64,000 nt of DNA from an uncultured Cellvibrionaceae bacterium (GTDB lineage Bacteria > Pseudomonadota > Gammaproteobacteria > Pseudomonadales > Cellvibrionaceae). The position numbers and the translations under genes are program-made. A model generated the notes under the pieces. The model ran no database searches. It saw nothing but the letters and a program-made list of their open reading frames with translations, and was not told where the DNA came from. The DNA is taken from contig CAYQQJ010000015.1 in the NCBI GenBank assembly GCA_964419935.1, positions 17,478 to 81,477 on the forward strand, given 5' to 3'. Every line of letters starts with the position of its first letter. Position 1 is the stretch's first letter. Below are positions 9,240 through 19,281 of the stretch, piece by piece.

Positions 9240-10706
9240 TCAGGTCGTTGCGGTAACCCGCAAAACCTCTTCTATCGTAGTAATGCCCTGCAGCACCTTG
9301 TCCCGCCCATCAGCGTCGATGGCGCGGCTGAATTTGCGCGCGTGGGCCAGCATCTGCTGCTCGCCAGCGCCTTCATGTATCAGTTGTCGCAGCTCGTCGT
9401 CCACAGGAATAAGTTCATAAATGCCGGTACGCCCACGGTAACCGGTGTGATGGCAGTGGTCACACCCCACGGCGCGAAACACATCACTCGCCTCGGGAAT
9501 TCCCAAGCGCTTACTTTCCGATGGGGTAGCCTCATGAGGCTCCTTGCACTCGGGGCAGAGAACGCGAACCAGGCGCTGGGCCATCAGACCTTCAAGACTG
9601 GATGACAACAGGAAAGGCTCCACCCCCATATCCTGCAGTCGGGTCACCGCGCCGATAGCGGTGTTGGTGTGCAGTGTGGAAAGCACCAGGTGACCGGTCA
9701 AGCTCGCCTGCACGGCAATGGCAGCGGTCTCCCGGTCGCGGATTTCACCGATCATAACCACATCTGGGTCCTGTCGCAGTATCGCGCGCAGCCCGCGGGC
9801 AAAGGTCATGTCGACCTTGGTATTGACCTGGGTTTGACCGATACCGGCGAGCAGGTACTCGATGGGGTCTTCGATAGTCAGAATATTGCGTGCACGAGTG
9901 TTGAGAAAGCTCAGGCCCGCATAAAGGCTGGTTGTCTTACCCGAACCTGTGGGGCCGGTAACCAGAATAATACCGTGGGGCTTGCGCAGGGCGTCTTCGA
10001 AATTCTGCTGGATCTCCGCCGGCATGCGCAACTGCGGCAGTCCCAACTGACCGGCGGCCTGGTCAAGCAAACGCAATACGATGCGCTCACCGTGGGCGGA
10101 GGGGATTGTCGATACCCGGATATCCACCGCGTGGCCCGCGAGTTTCACCGTGATACGGCCGTCCTGGGGAATACGCTTTTCTGCGATATCCAGTCGCGCC
10201 ATAACCTTCAGGCGCGAGACCAGCACCGGCGCCAGCACAGGCTTGGGCGAGAGAACTTCGTTGAGCACGCCATCCACGCGAAAGCGCACCGATACGCGAT
10301 CTTCATAAGGCTCCACGTGAACGTCCGACGCCTTTTCCTGAACCGCCTGGGAGAGAATGGCATTGATCAGGCGGATCACCGGCGCATCGCCCTCGCCGGA
10401 AAGCAGGTCGCTATTCTCCGGAATATCTTCCGCGAGAGCGGTGAGGTCGAACTCCGCGCCCATCTCTTCAACCGCCTGCTGAGCCTCACCGTCATTGCTT
10501 TGATACAGCTGAGTCAGCCGCGCACGGAAGGTTTTTTCTTCCATTTCCTCAAACTCGAATGAGCGGCCCAAGTGCCGGCGCAATTCAAGCAATGTCTGGA
10601 GGGCCACTCCGGGCTTATGGAAGACTCGCCCTTCGTCCACCAGCACGCCTTGTGTTGAGGCGTATGAAAACGGCAAGCGCGTATGGGTGACGGAAACGGA
10701 ACTCAC
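9240..10706 (-). CDS. gspE: type II secretion ATPase E
   Basis: 488 aa with Walker A GPTGSGKTT and the tetracysteine motif CPECK...CDHCHHTGYRGRTGIYE. Has a 4-nt overlap with gspD. Confidence 0.95.
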   Translation of the reverse strand: MSSVSVTHTRLPFSYASTQGVLVDEGRVFHKPGVALQTLLELRRHLGRSFEFEEMEEKTFRARLTQLYQSNDGEAQQAVEEMGAEFDLTALAEDIPENSDLLSGEGDAPVIRLINAILSQAVQEKASDVHVEPYEDRVSVRFRVDGVLNEVLSPKPVLAPVLVSRLKVMARLDIAEKRIPQDGRITVKLAGHAVDIRVSTIPSAHGERIVLRLLDQAAGQLGLPQLRMPAEIQQNFEDALRKPHGIILVTGPTGSGKTTSLYAGLSFLNTRARNILTIEDPIEYLLAGIGQTQVNTKVDMTFARGLRAILRQDPDVVMIGEIRDRETAAIAVQASLTGHLVLSTLHTNTAIGAVTRLQDMGVEPFLLSSSLEGLMAQRLVRVLCPECKEPHEATPSESKRLGIPEASDVFRAVGCDHCHHTGYRGRTGIYELIPVDDELRQLIHEGAGEQQMLAHARKFSRAIDADGRDKVLQGITTIEEVLRVTATT

Positions 10707-12664
10707 TGCAGGGCCTCTTCCATATCTTCAGCGCTGAAGTCTGCTGGCAGATCAATGTCTCGCGCCTCCAGTGCAGGCAGCGTGGGCAATGCCGCATTGG
10801 GCAAGCGGAAGGCGCCTTTTTCACGCTGTAAGAGCTGTTGATCGCGGATATATTGATATTTTTCGGCAGTCGCGCCCCGGAGCGTTTCATCGTCGCGAAT
10901 GATGGTGGCTCGAATGAACACCATCAGGTTCTGCTTGGTCAGGCTGGAGTTGTTTGAACGGAACAGTTGACCTACCAGTGGAATACTGCCGAGGAATGGA
11001 ACGCGCTGCTCCCCCTGCTGCACATCCTCCTCGATCAAACCGCCCAACACCACGATTTCACCGTCAGACGCCATCAGCTGGGTTTCAAACTTGCGCTGAT
11101 TGGTGATGATATCGGACGCCGCACCGGCACCACCGGTGTTGATGCTGGATACTTCCTGAGCCAGCTCAAGCAGGATACTGTCCCCGGCATTGACGTGTGG
11201 CGTCACTGTCAAAGAAATACCCACATCTTCCCGCTGAATGGTCTGGAACGGGTTGGCGCCGGAGCCACCAGTGGTACTGCTGGAATAACTGCCCGTCACA
11301 AACGGCACATTCTGGCCGACGGACATGGACGCCTCGTGGTTATCCATGGTCAGGATCGACGGCGTCGACAGGATGTTGGCTTTGTTGTCATTCTCCAGGG
11401 CGGTCAACAGCGCCAGAAAATCTTCACCACCACCGGTTCCCATGAGGCCCAATGTCTGACCGGGGATGCCGCCCAGGGCCAGGGCGAGATTCTGCAAGGC
11501 ATCGTCGCCGTCGCTGAAAATGCCACTGGCCACACCACCAAGGGCTTGGCCATTGTTGATCGAACTTCCAAGAACACCCTTCTCAGAGTTGCGGAACATC
11601 CAGTCAACTCCCAGATCACGCCCGGAGCGGTCGGTCATTTCCACAATAATGGCTTCCACCAACACCTGGGCGCGGCGTATATCCAGGCGATCCACCACCG
11701 ACAGCAGGGACTCAAGAGTGTCGCCGGTTGCAGTAATCAACAGGGCGTTGGTGTCTTCATCAGCTTCCACGGTGGCGGTGATATTCGGGTTTTGCTCGCC
11801 GGGTTCGAGCTTGGCAATGTTCTGCACAACCTTGGTCAACACTTCCGCTACAGCGGGTGCCTTGGCGTACTCGAGGTAGATCACCCGCACGTTGCCCGTC
11901 TGAGGACGAGGCTTGTCCAGGCGCCGAATCAAGTTGCGGTAGCGATCGCGCATCAGGTCGTCACCGCTGATCAGAACCGCGTTGTTGCGCTTGTCCGCAA
12001 TCAGGGATTGGGCGCCCGGGTTGCGCTGGTTCTCAGATTTATCCAGGCTGGTCAGGGTCGTTACCACATCCTGGGCCGATGCATACTCCAATTGAACAAT
12101 TTCGGTTTCGGGAATTGCCGCTTTGTCGATGCGCTCGATCAGGTCCCGTATGCGCGCAATATTGGCCGCGGTATCGGATATGACAATGGCGTTACTGGGA
12201 TCATAAGCAGCCAGGTGCGAGTGTTGCGGTACCAGCGGCCGCAATACCGGCAGAACCTTGGCGGCAGCAATATTGGAAAGCTGAATCACTTCCGTGACAA
12301 AGCCATCTCTCACGCTCCCCGCATCCGCGACAGGCAAGGGTGAACTACGCGCATCCTTAAGAGGAATGATACGAACTACGTCCCCCACCTCAACCAGCGT
12401 AAAATCATGAACTTCCAGAATGGCGCGGAAGAAGCTATACAGCTCTTCACGGTTCATGCGTTCACTGGATATGACTTTGACGCGCCCTTTAACCCGCGGG
12501 TCAACCACCATGGTTTTCCCAGTGATGTCGGCGACAAATTTGATCACTTCCTGGATATCCGTGTCCTTGAAGTTCACGGTCCAGGTCTGCTCCTGAGCAA
12601 AACTTGCCGCTCCTCCAAGAGCAAAACAGGCTGCCAGTATTAGGGCCATTATTCGCTTATGCAC
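10703..12664 (-). CDS. gspD: type II secretion secretin D
   Basis: 653 aa with a signal peptide, N-domains and a C-terminal secretin domain (VPFLGSIPLVGQLF). Confidence 0.95.
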   Translation of the reverse strand: MHKRIMALILAACFALGGAASFAQEQTWTVNFKDTDIQEVIKFVADITGKTMVVDPRVKGRVKVISSERMNREELYSFFRAILEVHDFTLVEVGDVVRIIPLKDARSSPLPVADAGSVRDGFVTEVIQLSNIAAAKVLPVLRPLVPQHSHLAAYDPSNAIVISDTAANIARIRDLIERIDKAAIPETEIVQLEYASAQDVVTTLTSLDKSENQRNPGAQSLIADKRNNAVLISGDDLMRDRYRNLIRRLDKPRPQTGNVRVIYLEYAKAPAVAEVLTKVVQNIAKLEPGEQNPNITATVEADEDTNALLITATGDTLESLLSVVDRLDIRRAQVLVEAIIVEMTDRSGRDLGVDWMFRNSEKGVLGSSINNGQALGGVASGIFSDGDDALQNLALALGGIPGQTLGLMGTGGGEDFLALLTALENDNKANILSTPSILTMDNHEASMSVGQNVPFVTGSYSSSTTGGSGANPFQTIQREDVGISLTVTPHVNAGDSILLELAQEVSSINTGGAGAASDIITNQRKFETQLMASDGEIVVLGGLIEEDVQQGEQRVPFLGSIPLVGQLFRSNNSSLTKQNLMVFIRATIIRDDETLRGATAEKYQYIRDQQLLQREKGAFRLPNAALPTLPALEARDIDLPADFSAEDMEEALQ

Positions 12665-12668
12665 TCAT

Positions 12669-13730
12669 TTACCTCGCCGAATCCAAACTTAGGTGTATCG
12701 ATACAGGCTCACCGTCTCGCAATATACTCAGTTCTGCTTGGGTCGCTGTCTGCAGTTCCTGGTAAACCGCTCGTATCTGCTGGGGATCATCCAGGCTGAT
12801 GCCATTGACGGCGGTGACAATATCGCCCGCGTGCAAACCCGCCTGCTCAAACAACTCAGGATTGCGGCCCGGCTGCACCCGGTAGCCCATCAGACCACTG
12901 CTGCCACGGGCCGCCGTGAAGCGCACCACCTCACTGATAGATTTCACTTCAGCAACCGAAGGCGGCAGGGTGTGCACCTCGGGCTCAGGTTCCGCTTCGG
13001 GCGTCTCCTGGACCGCACCGCCAGTATTCTCGTCATATTGGTCCGGCGGATAATCAATCGCCGTATCGCCTTCGTCGGGTCGGACATGGCCGTACTCATC
13101 GGTGCCATCATCGTAAACGACCGGTGCTGCGCTGGAACGCCGCTGGGCATCCTCTTTCGAATACAACCACAGGGATTCGTAGCGGCCGTTGTTATCGAGG
13201 ATCACCCGTTGTTCCAGAACCTTGACCAGAGTCACATTATTGCCCTGGGGCAGTTTGTCTCCAACCTTGTACAGCGCCTGATTGTTGCCTTCGGCAATAA
13301 TGGCTTGCGCGGTATCCGGATCACTGCTGGCGATAACGCCCTGCAACGTCAGATTCAGGCTGGTGTCCACCGCCTCCTGTTCAATACCGGGCAATACCGC
13401 TTTGTTTTCCTGTGGTGCCACCATCGCCACCTCACCACCTTCACCGAACAAGCTCGCATCCTGTATGGCGGCCAGGTCAACATTAGCTGTCGACTCGGCG
13501 GCTTCGCTGACGGTCGGCGGCGGAGCCAGTGGGGGCTGCTCAAGTTGCGGCGACGGGAAAAGCAACCAAAAGGCACTAGCCAAGCTGTGTACCGCCCAGA
13601 TCAGGACTACCACCATACACAGCCAGCGCCAGCGCTGAGTGGGAACCTGCCGCAGACGCGCAGCCCATCGCTGCCCCTGTTCTGTCAGCGATGAATAAAG
13701 CGGATGCTGTGTGAAATGAGTGGCATTCAC
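12669..13730 (-). CDS. gspC: type II secretion protein C
   Basis: 353 aa with an N-terminal TM (WLCMVVVLIWAVHSLASAFWLLF) and a C-terminal PDZ-like domain (GLHAGDIVTAVNGISLDD). First gene of the operon. Confidence 0.8.
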   Translation of the reverse strand: MNATHFTQHPLYSSLTEQGQRWAARLRQVPTQRWRWLCMVVVLIWAVHSLASAFWLLFPSPQLEQPPLAPPPTVSEAAESTANVDLAAIQDASLFGEGGEVAMVAPQENKAVLPGIEQEAVDTSLNLTLQGVIASSDPDTAQAIIAEGNNQALYKVGDKLPQGNNVTLVKVLEQRVILDNNGRYESLWLYSKEDAQRRSSAAPVVYDDGTDEYGHVRPDEGDTAIDYPPDQYDENTGGAVQETPEAEPEPEVHTLPPSVAEVKSISEVVRFTAARGSSGLMGYRVQPGRNPELFEQAGLHAGDIVTAVNGISLDDPQQIRAVYQELQTATQAELSILRDGEPVSIHLSLDSAR

Positions 13731-14002
13731 CGTCGCGTTCCGACCACTCTGGCGTTCCCCACAAATACAAGTTCGACCATTCTAGTTAAAGCTCCGAACA
13801 TTCTTGACGATGACTTTTTCGATCCTGACATGGCATTAGCTTTCTCTGCATAGGCTCTGGAAGTGCCGATTGACGTTGCGGCGAGCCGCAATGCGAGTCA
13901 TTTGATCAAGATTCCGGACTCGCACCCTTATTATTAGAAATACAGTCTGCAGTTTATACACACTGCCCGTCAATTTAAATCATTCCCGCCGGCTTGCGCT
14001 AC

Positions 14003-14274
14003 CTAGTGTGCTGTTTCAAACTAAACAGCATAATCAGAGCCTGTCAAATCGTTCGCAGTAAGGCGCGGTTCGCAGGCAATGGTGGTCTCCCTTGTCAAGA
14101 GCCGCAACGCTGCTGCGGGCGATTTGACGGGCTCCCTTCGGGCACGTCGCTAAACGGCCATCTGTGGCGTTGCATTTGTTCGACGTAGAACCACTATGCC
14201 TGCACAAATGCGCCTAACATCTGACCATTTAGCGTCGTGCTGATAATGCTGTTTAGTTTGAAACAGTACACTAG
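14003..14274. mobile_element. MITE-like / highly structured 272-bp palindromic element
   Basis: 35-bp terminal inverted repeats match at 33/35: CTAGTGTGCTGTTTCAAACTAAACAGCATAATCAG (14003-14037) against 14240-14274. The ends are CTAG. Two internal long hairpins pair 14039-14051 with 14120-14132 and 14148-14179 with 14204-14234. No credible ORF inside. Confidence 0.4.
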
Positions 14275-14399
14275 GACCTATCCACGGGCATTAAATTCCT
14301 GACTTGTGACCTGGCTTACAGCTTTGTATCCTTGCCGCCTGCCGGAAATCCCATGGATTTTCGGCCAGACCGCAAACGCAGTAGAGGACAGCTTACCCT

Positions 14400-14723
14400 A
14401 TGAGCGACACGTTTATACTCCAGAATCAAGATCAACTCTATTTCACCCGCCAGGGTGATTGGGTTGACGGGCGCGACGCCACCGCGCTTTATCACACAAC
14501 CCACAAGGACGAGGCACTTAATCAGAAGCTCGAATTGACCGTACGTTCTCCAGAATTGCGCATTAGTGTTGTAAACTGCAACCTCGATAGCAAAGGCCGC
14601 CCCCAGCTGGCAGCCGACGCGAATGCGCGACAGGATGCCACTGACCGCCCTGGACCTGGCAGTCTTGAACCTGATACCCGCACGCAGCACCAGTCAGACG
14701 GCTACCGATCCGGAAACCTTTAA
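14400..14723 (+). CDS. hypothetical protein
   Basis: 107-aa ORF with an ATG preceded by GAGGA about 12 nt upstream, in the same orientation as gshA just downstream. No family recognised. Confidence 0.4.
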   Translation: MSDTFILQNQDQLYFTRQGDWVDGRDATALYHTTHKDEALNQKLELTVRSPELRISVVNCNLDSKGRPQLAADANARQDATDRPGPGSLEPDTRTQHQSDGYRSGNL

Positions 14724-14780
14724 CCAGCCCGCGTTGTAGATCAACATCAGATCACACCCGCATCTCAAGAGGACCGCAGT

Positions 14781-16394
14781 TTGTTCCAGCTTGATCGCTT
14801 ACCGAGAGCGCTGTTTGAGCCCTCTAATGCTCCCCTGCTAACCGGTATTCTGCGCGGCGTCGAAAAGGAGAGCCTGCGCACTTCACAGAGCGGGCACCTG
14901 TCGCAAACCGAGCACCCGTTGTCACTGGGCGCCGCGTTGACCCATCCGCACATTACCACCGACTTCAGCGAGGCATTGGTGGAATTCATCACGCCGCCCT
15001 CGCACCGCATTGAAGAAGTGACCACACATCTGGACGCTTTACACCGGTTCAGCCACGCGCAGCTCGGCAATGAAATGCTCTGGAGCCACAGTATGCCCTG
15101 CGCATTGCCGAACGACGACGACATTCCCGTGGCCCGCTACGGCACATCCAACACCGGCCGCATGAAAACCATCTACCGGGTCGGGCTGGGCCACCGATAC
15201 GGTCGCGTCATGCAGACTGTGGCAGGTGTTCATTACAATTTCTCGTTGCCGAACGCCTTTTGGGCCTTTCTGCACGCTACAGAAGGCAGTTCGCACAACC
15301 TGGATGACTTCCGAACCGAGCGGTACTTTGACCTGATCCGCAATTTCCGCCGACATTACTGGTTGTTGATCTACCTTTTCGGCGCATCGCCCGCTGTGTG
15401 CAGCAGTTTTGTCAAAGACCGCGATCACGACCTCAGTCCGTTCGACGACGGTGGGGACACCCTGTTTATGCCCCACGCCACGTCTCTGCGCATGGGCGAT
15501 CTCGGCTACCAGAGCAGCGCCCAGGAAGGACTCTACGTCTGCTACAACCAACAGTCCAGTTATCTGCGCACCTTGGTCTCTGCCATCAAAACGCCCTATC
15601 CCGGCTATCAGGAACTCGGCACACGCAACAGCCGCGGCGATTACCTTCAACTGAACACCGGCTTGTTACAGATCGAGAACGAGTTTTACAGCGCTATTCG
15701 ACCCAAGCGCACTGCGCGCCCGGGCGAAACCGCGCTTACTGCCCTGTGCCACCGGGGCGTGGAGTACATCGAGGTTCGCTGCCTCGACCTCAATCCCTTT
15801 GAACCGCTGGGCATCAACCGGGAGCAGATGCGGTTTATTGATATGTTTTTGCTCTACTGTTTGTTGCACTCCAGCCCAAAATCCACCCGGGCCGAATGCG
15901 ACATCATCCTCGCCAATCAGAAAACCGTGGTGAAGCGCGGACGCGAACCGGGGGTTACACTGCAGTCGGCACAACATGGCGAACTCGGCCTGCAAAGCTG
16001 GGCCAGCGATCTGATTGCAGCACTGGAACCCATTGCCGAAATGCTGGACAAGGCCCACCAGACTGACAAGTATCACGGCGCCCTGCAGGCGCAGAAAGAA
16101 AAGGTAGAGGATTCAGCCAAGACGCCATCCGCTCAGGTTCTCAATGAGATGCATGAACGCAATCTGGGCTTTGCACAGTTTGCGCGGGAGACGTCGCAAG
16201 CTCACCGCAGCGATTTCCTGGCGCGGCCACTGTCAGCCGAAGCCACGGAAAGTATGCACGCCATTGCCCGCAAATCCCTGGAGGAACAGGCTGAGATTGA
16301 AGCGGCAGAGAGCCCCGATTTCGAGAGCTATCTGGCGGCTTACTATGAACAGTACGGGATGTGCGAAACAACAGCCGGCAAGCCGGCGGGTTGA
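14781..16394 (+). CDS. gshA: glutamate--cysteine ligase
   Basis: 537 aa with GILRGVEKESLR near the N-terminus and HPHITTDFSEALVEFITPP. TTG start preceded by AAGAGG. Confidence 0.95.
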   Translation: MFQLDRLPRALFEPSNAPLLTGILRGVEKESLRTSQSGHLSQTEHPLSLGAALTHPHITTDFSEALVEFITPPSHRIEEVTTHLDALHRFSHAQLGNEMLWSHSMPCALPNDDDIPVARYGTSNTGRMKTIYRVGLGHRYGRVMQTVAGVHYNFSLPNAFWAFLHATEGSSHNLDDFRTERYFDLIRNFRRHYWLLIYLFGASPAVCSSFVKDRDHDLSPFDDGGDTLFMPHATSLRMGDLGYQSSAQEGLYVCYNQQSSYLRTLVSAIKTPYPGYQELGTRNSRGDYLQLNTGLLQIENEFYSAIRPKRTARPGETALTALCHRGVEYIEVRCLDLNPFEPLGINREQMRFIDMFLLYCLLHSSPKSTRAECDIILANQKTVVKRGREPGVTLQSAQHGELGLQSWASDLIAALEPIAEMLDKAHQTDKYHGALQAQKEKVEDSAKTPSAQVLNEMHERNLGFAQFARETSQAHRSDFLARPLSAEATESMHAIARKSLEEQAEIEAAESPDFESYLAAYYEQYGMCETTAGKPAG

Positions 16395-16429
16395 GCCAGC
16401 GCTCACAAACATTGCCCGGGAAGAGGCTG

Positions 16430-16840
16430 TTATCGCTGTATGACAAAATTATCGAAGTAGATATCAACCACGGCTTCATGGCCATCTTCCGCCTGAAGTA
16501 TGGCCTTGACCTCGGCAAGAGCCTCCTGACGCAGGGCTTCCTTGCCCGCCTGGGACTCGATACTGGCGTCTGTCTGGCTGGCGAACAGCATCACCAGATT
16601 GTTGCGAATATAGGGAAGGTGGTGCCGAATCGCGTTGGCGGTCACTGCGTCCGCAACGCGCACGGACATATCCACTTTGAGATATTTCAGGCGACCCTGG
16701 CCACCATAATTGACCACAAACGATGGCTTCAAAGGGACGTAAATCGTCTCTTCGGTTGTGCTGTCACTGGCAGGATTATCCTGCCCCCACGCCAGGGCGG
16801 TGGATAACAGTATGGCCAAGCCCAAAAAAACCCTATACAT
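16430..16840 (-). CDS. FliL-family (flagellar basal-body-associated-like) protein
   Basis: 136 aa with a signal/anchor N-terminus and the FliL-like core (YVPLKPSFVVNY..., RLKYLKVDMSVRV, LRQEALAEVKAIL, FDNFVIQ). Confidence 0.65.
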   Translation of the reverse strand: MYRVFLGLAILLSTALAWGQDNPASDSTTEETIYVPLKPSFVVNYGGQGRLKYLKVDMSVRVADAVTANAIRHHLPYIRNNLVMLFASQTDASIESQAGKEALRQEALAEVKAILQAEDGHEAVVDIYFDNFVIQR

Positions 16841-17019
16841 TCGTTACACTCGCAGTTTCATGGATGTCAGACGTTCGCCTGCCGAAATGACTGACACCTG
16901 GTGATTTAGTTGCGCGGTCAACTCCGCTCAGTCGCAAATAGTAACCAGGATATCGACTGGAAATACAGATTCCCGGTTCAGTATAGACGTGGATAATTAC
17001 TGACAGAAGAGAAAAAACC

Positions 17020-17508
17020 ATGCCCGGATTTCGCCTCACGCATTTGCTCATTTTTTGCTTCACTGTTGTACTGATGTTCATCGCGCTCTATATGCAGTAC
17101 GCGATGGGCCTGGTTCCCTGTGCTCTGTGCATCACTCAGCGCGCGTTTGTCATACTGATTGGCGTTATTGCACTGGTGGCTTTTATCCACAACCCCCGCA
17201 CCTGGGGGCGCTGGATTTATTCCGGCCTCGGGATCATCAGCGCCGGTTTCGGCGCCGCAACCGCCAGCCGGCAACTCTGGTTGCAAAGCCTGCCAGAGGA
17301 TCAGGTGCCCGCCTGCGGCCCCAGTATCGAATATATACTCGACGCTTTTCCCTTTTGGGAAGCTCTGTCAATCCTGTTCCGCGGTGACGGCAACTGCGCC
17401 GAGGTGGCATGGCGCTTCCTCGGGCTCAGCATCCCGGGCTGGACGTTGATTGTCTTTGTCGGATTTGCCGGTGTGTTCCTTTGGCAAGGGCTGCGCAGAC
17501 ACTTATAA
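17020..17508 (+). CDS. dsbB: disulfide bond formation protein B
   Basis: 162 aa with four TM segments, a CALC (CxxC) motif in the first periplasmic loop and a second Cys pair (ACGPS...NCAEV). Confidence 0.9.
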   Translation: MPGFRLTHLLIFCFTVVLMFIALYMQYAMGLVPCALCITQRAFVILIGVIALVAFIHNPRTWGRWIYSGLGIISAGFGAATASRQLWLQSLPEDQVPACGPSIEYILDAFPFWEALSILFRGDGNCAEVAWRFLGLSIPGWTLIVFVGFAGVFLWQGLRRHL

Positions 17509-17644
17509 TTGCGCTTTCAGCGCAGCTGGGTAAGACTGGCCTCACACACGCAGGACTACCCAGCCTGTAAATTGAACAATTGCTGGCTCAGACACTAACG
17601 GCTGCCGCCGCAGCCACTCAGCCACAGTAAAAGGATATGAATTC

Positions 17645-18103
17645 ATGCTCAACAAAGTCGAGTCCGCCCGGGAACGCTGGGGAGGCGTTAATAGCATCAT
17701 TGATCGCTGGCTGCAGGAACGCCAGGATATGCTGGTGTTGTACTGCGAGCTATCCGAGCTGGACGCCGAAAGCCTGCATTGCGCGGAAAAACTGCAAAGC
17801 CTGTGTCAAATACTGGTGGATTATGTTTCCGCGGGACACTTTGAAGTCTATGACCGCCTGGTGAAGGAAGCCCGGGAGTTCGACAACACGGGCGCGCTCA
17901 AGGAAGCGCAAGCGTTGTTGAACGTGGTCGACGCCACCACCGAAGCGGTGCTGGATTTTAACGACAAATATCAGGAGACCGATGACCTGACCACCATTGC
18001 GGCGGACCTGTCACAGCTGGGCGAAACTCTCGCCAATCGCTTCGAAGCCGAGGACCGCATGATTGAAGTCCTTCATGTTGCCCATAAAGAGCCGGTCGTC
18101 TGA
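17645..18103 (+). CDS. rsd: Rsd/AlgQ family anti-sigma-70 regulator
   Basis: 152 aa with RWGGVNSIIDRWLQERQDMLVLYCEL, typical of Rsd/AlgQ. Lies next to dsbB as in Pseudomonas (dsbH-algQ). Confidence 0.85.
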   Translation: MLNKVESARERWGGVNSIIDRWLQERQDMLVLYCELSELDAESLHCAEKLQSLCQILVDYVSAGHFEVYDRLVKEAREFDNTGALKEAQALLNVVDATTEAVLDFNDKYQETDDLTTIAADLSQLGETLANRFEAEDRMIEVLHVAHKEPVV

Positions 18104-18167
18104 CTATTGATCCTCTGGTGGACCGCATTTTGTGCGCGGTCCACCGTTCCTGTTCCGGGAGGCTCGC

Positions 18168-19253
18168 TTGGTAAACACCTGCAACAAAACACGCCTTTGT
18201 TCCCGTCGGCCCGTCGCCGCATTCTGCATTTCAGGCTCTCGCCTTCTCGCCACTGTTATCACAGCCATGAGTGTACTCGGCTGCGAGCAATATGAACCGC
18301 CGTCCCATTCATTTGAAGTCGCATCCGTGGGCGCTCAAGCGGCCGCCCTGTCCGACGATGGGCGCTACGCTGTTATCGGATCCGTCCACCAGGGTGGCAG
18401 CCTCTGGCGCGTTTCCGACGGCGAACGCCTGTTCAACTGGAATCATGATAAAAACGAACAGACAGTTATTCGCTCGGCGGATTTTTCAGCCGATGGTCAC
18501 CGGGTAGTCACCACTGACACCGCGACATTGGTGTTGTGGAATCGTGACAGCGGTGCTGCGGAGCGCTTCTGGCAAGCGCCGGGCGAGATTCTTTCCGTCA
18601 GCCTGGACGCCGCAGGCAACAAGGCGCTGCTCGGCCTCACAACGGAATTGGCGGTACTGTTCGATGTGCGCCGGGGCGGGGTTTTGCAACGTCTGGATCA
18701 CGGAGACCGGGTGACCAGCGTGGAGCTGTCCGCTGATGGCCAGTTTGCACTCACCGGCTCCGAGGATTTCACGGCAACCTTCTGGCAGCTCGATACCGGT
18801 AAGGCGCTGAACGAAATACAACACGACAACGAGGTGCGACTAGTAACACTCTCTCCCGACGCCTCTCTGGCACTCTCGGTCAGCAAGTACGACAAGGCTC
18901 TACTCTGGCACACGAGCAGTGGTGAAATTCACGGGGAAATTCCGCTGAGCGCCGAACGGCTAAAGCGGGGGCTGACGTTTACTGCCGCAGCCATCAGTGC
19001 TGACAATAAACTGTTACTAACTGGCCGCGCGGATGAAATCGTGGAATTGTGGGATATCGAGACGCTACAGAAACTGAAGCAATGGCGCCTGCCCAAGCGG
19101 GATAAATGGAAACCGACAGGAGCCGCAGTACTTGACGTAGCATTCAGTGACGAAAACTCCTCGCACCTTGTTGCCATTGCGTCCAATGGCTTTGTTCATC
19201 AATTGGAAACAGCTACCCCAGAAAGCGAAAAGCCCGGGACCACGCTTCCGTAG
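18168..19253 (+). CDS. WD40/beta-propeller repeat lipoprotein
   Basis: Lipobox-like AMSVLGC, followed by repeated ~40-aa units (e.g. SADGRYAVIGS, SADGHRVVTT, SADGQFALTGSEDFTATFW, LLTGRADEIVELWD). A TTG at 18168 preceded by GGGAGG is preferred; the ORF-track start is 18132. Confidence 0.7.
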   Translation: MVNTCNKTRLCSRRPVAAFCISGSRLLATVITAMSVLGCEQYEPPSHSFEVASVGAQAAALSDDGRYAVIGSVHQGGSLWRVSDGERLFNWNHDKNEQTVIRSADFSADGHRVVTTDTATLVLWNRDSGAAERFWQAPGEILSVSLDAAGNKALLGLTTELAVLFDVRRGGVLQRLDHGDRVTSVELSADGQFALTGSEDFTATFWQLDTGKALNEIQHDNEVRLVTLSPDASLALSVSKYDKALLWHTSSGEIHGEIPLSAERLKRGLTFTAAAISADNKLLLTGRADEIVELWDIETLQKLKQWRLPKRDKWKPTGAAVLDVAFSDENSSHLVAIASNGFVHQLETATPESEKPGTTLP

Positions 19254-19281
19254 CCCCGGGCTCTCAATGCGGCTTTAAAGC

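Noticed and set aside
10967-12343. Long antisense ORFs opposite real genes (458 aa opposite gspD; also 12693-13694 opposite gspC, 39536-40585 opposite algC, 58760-59785 opposite recG, 7156-8022, 9669-10562, 25361-26176).
   Set aside because: These are typical GC-rich shadow frames. The opposite-strand ORFs carry unmistakable conserved motifs, and the antisense translations are Arg/Gly/His-rich with no recognisable domains.
13994-14188. 64-aa ORF inside the MITE-like element.
   Set aside because: It starts inside the terminal inverted repeat with TTG, is Cys/Arg-rich and has no ribosome-binding site. It is most simply a by-product of the palindromic sequence.
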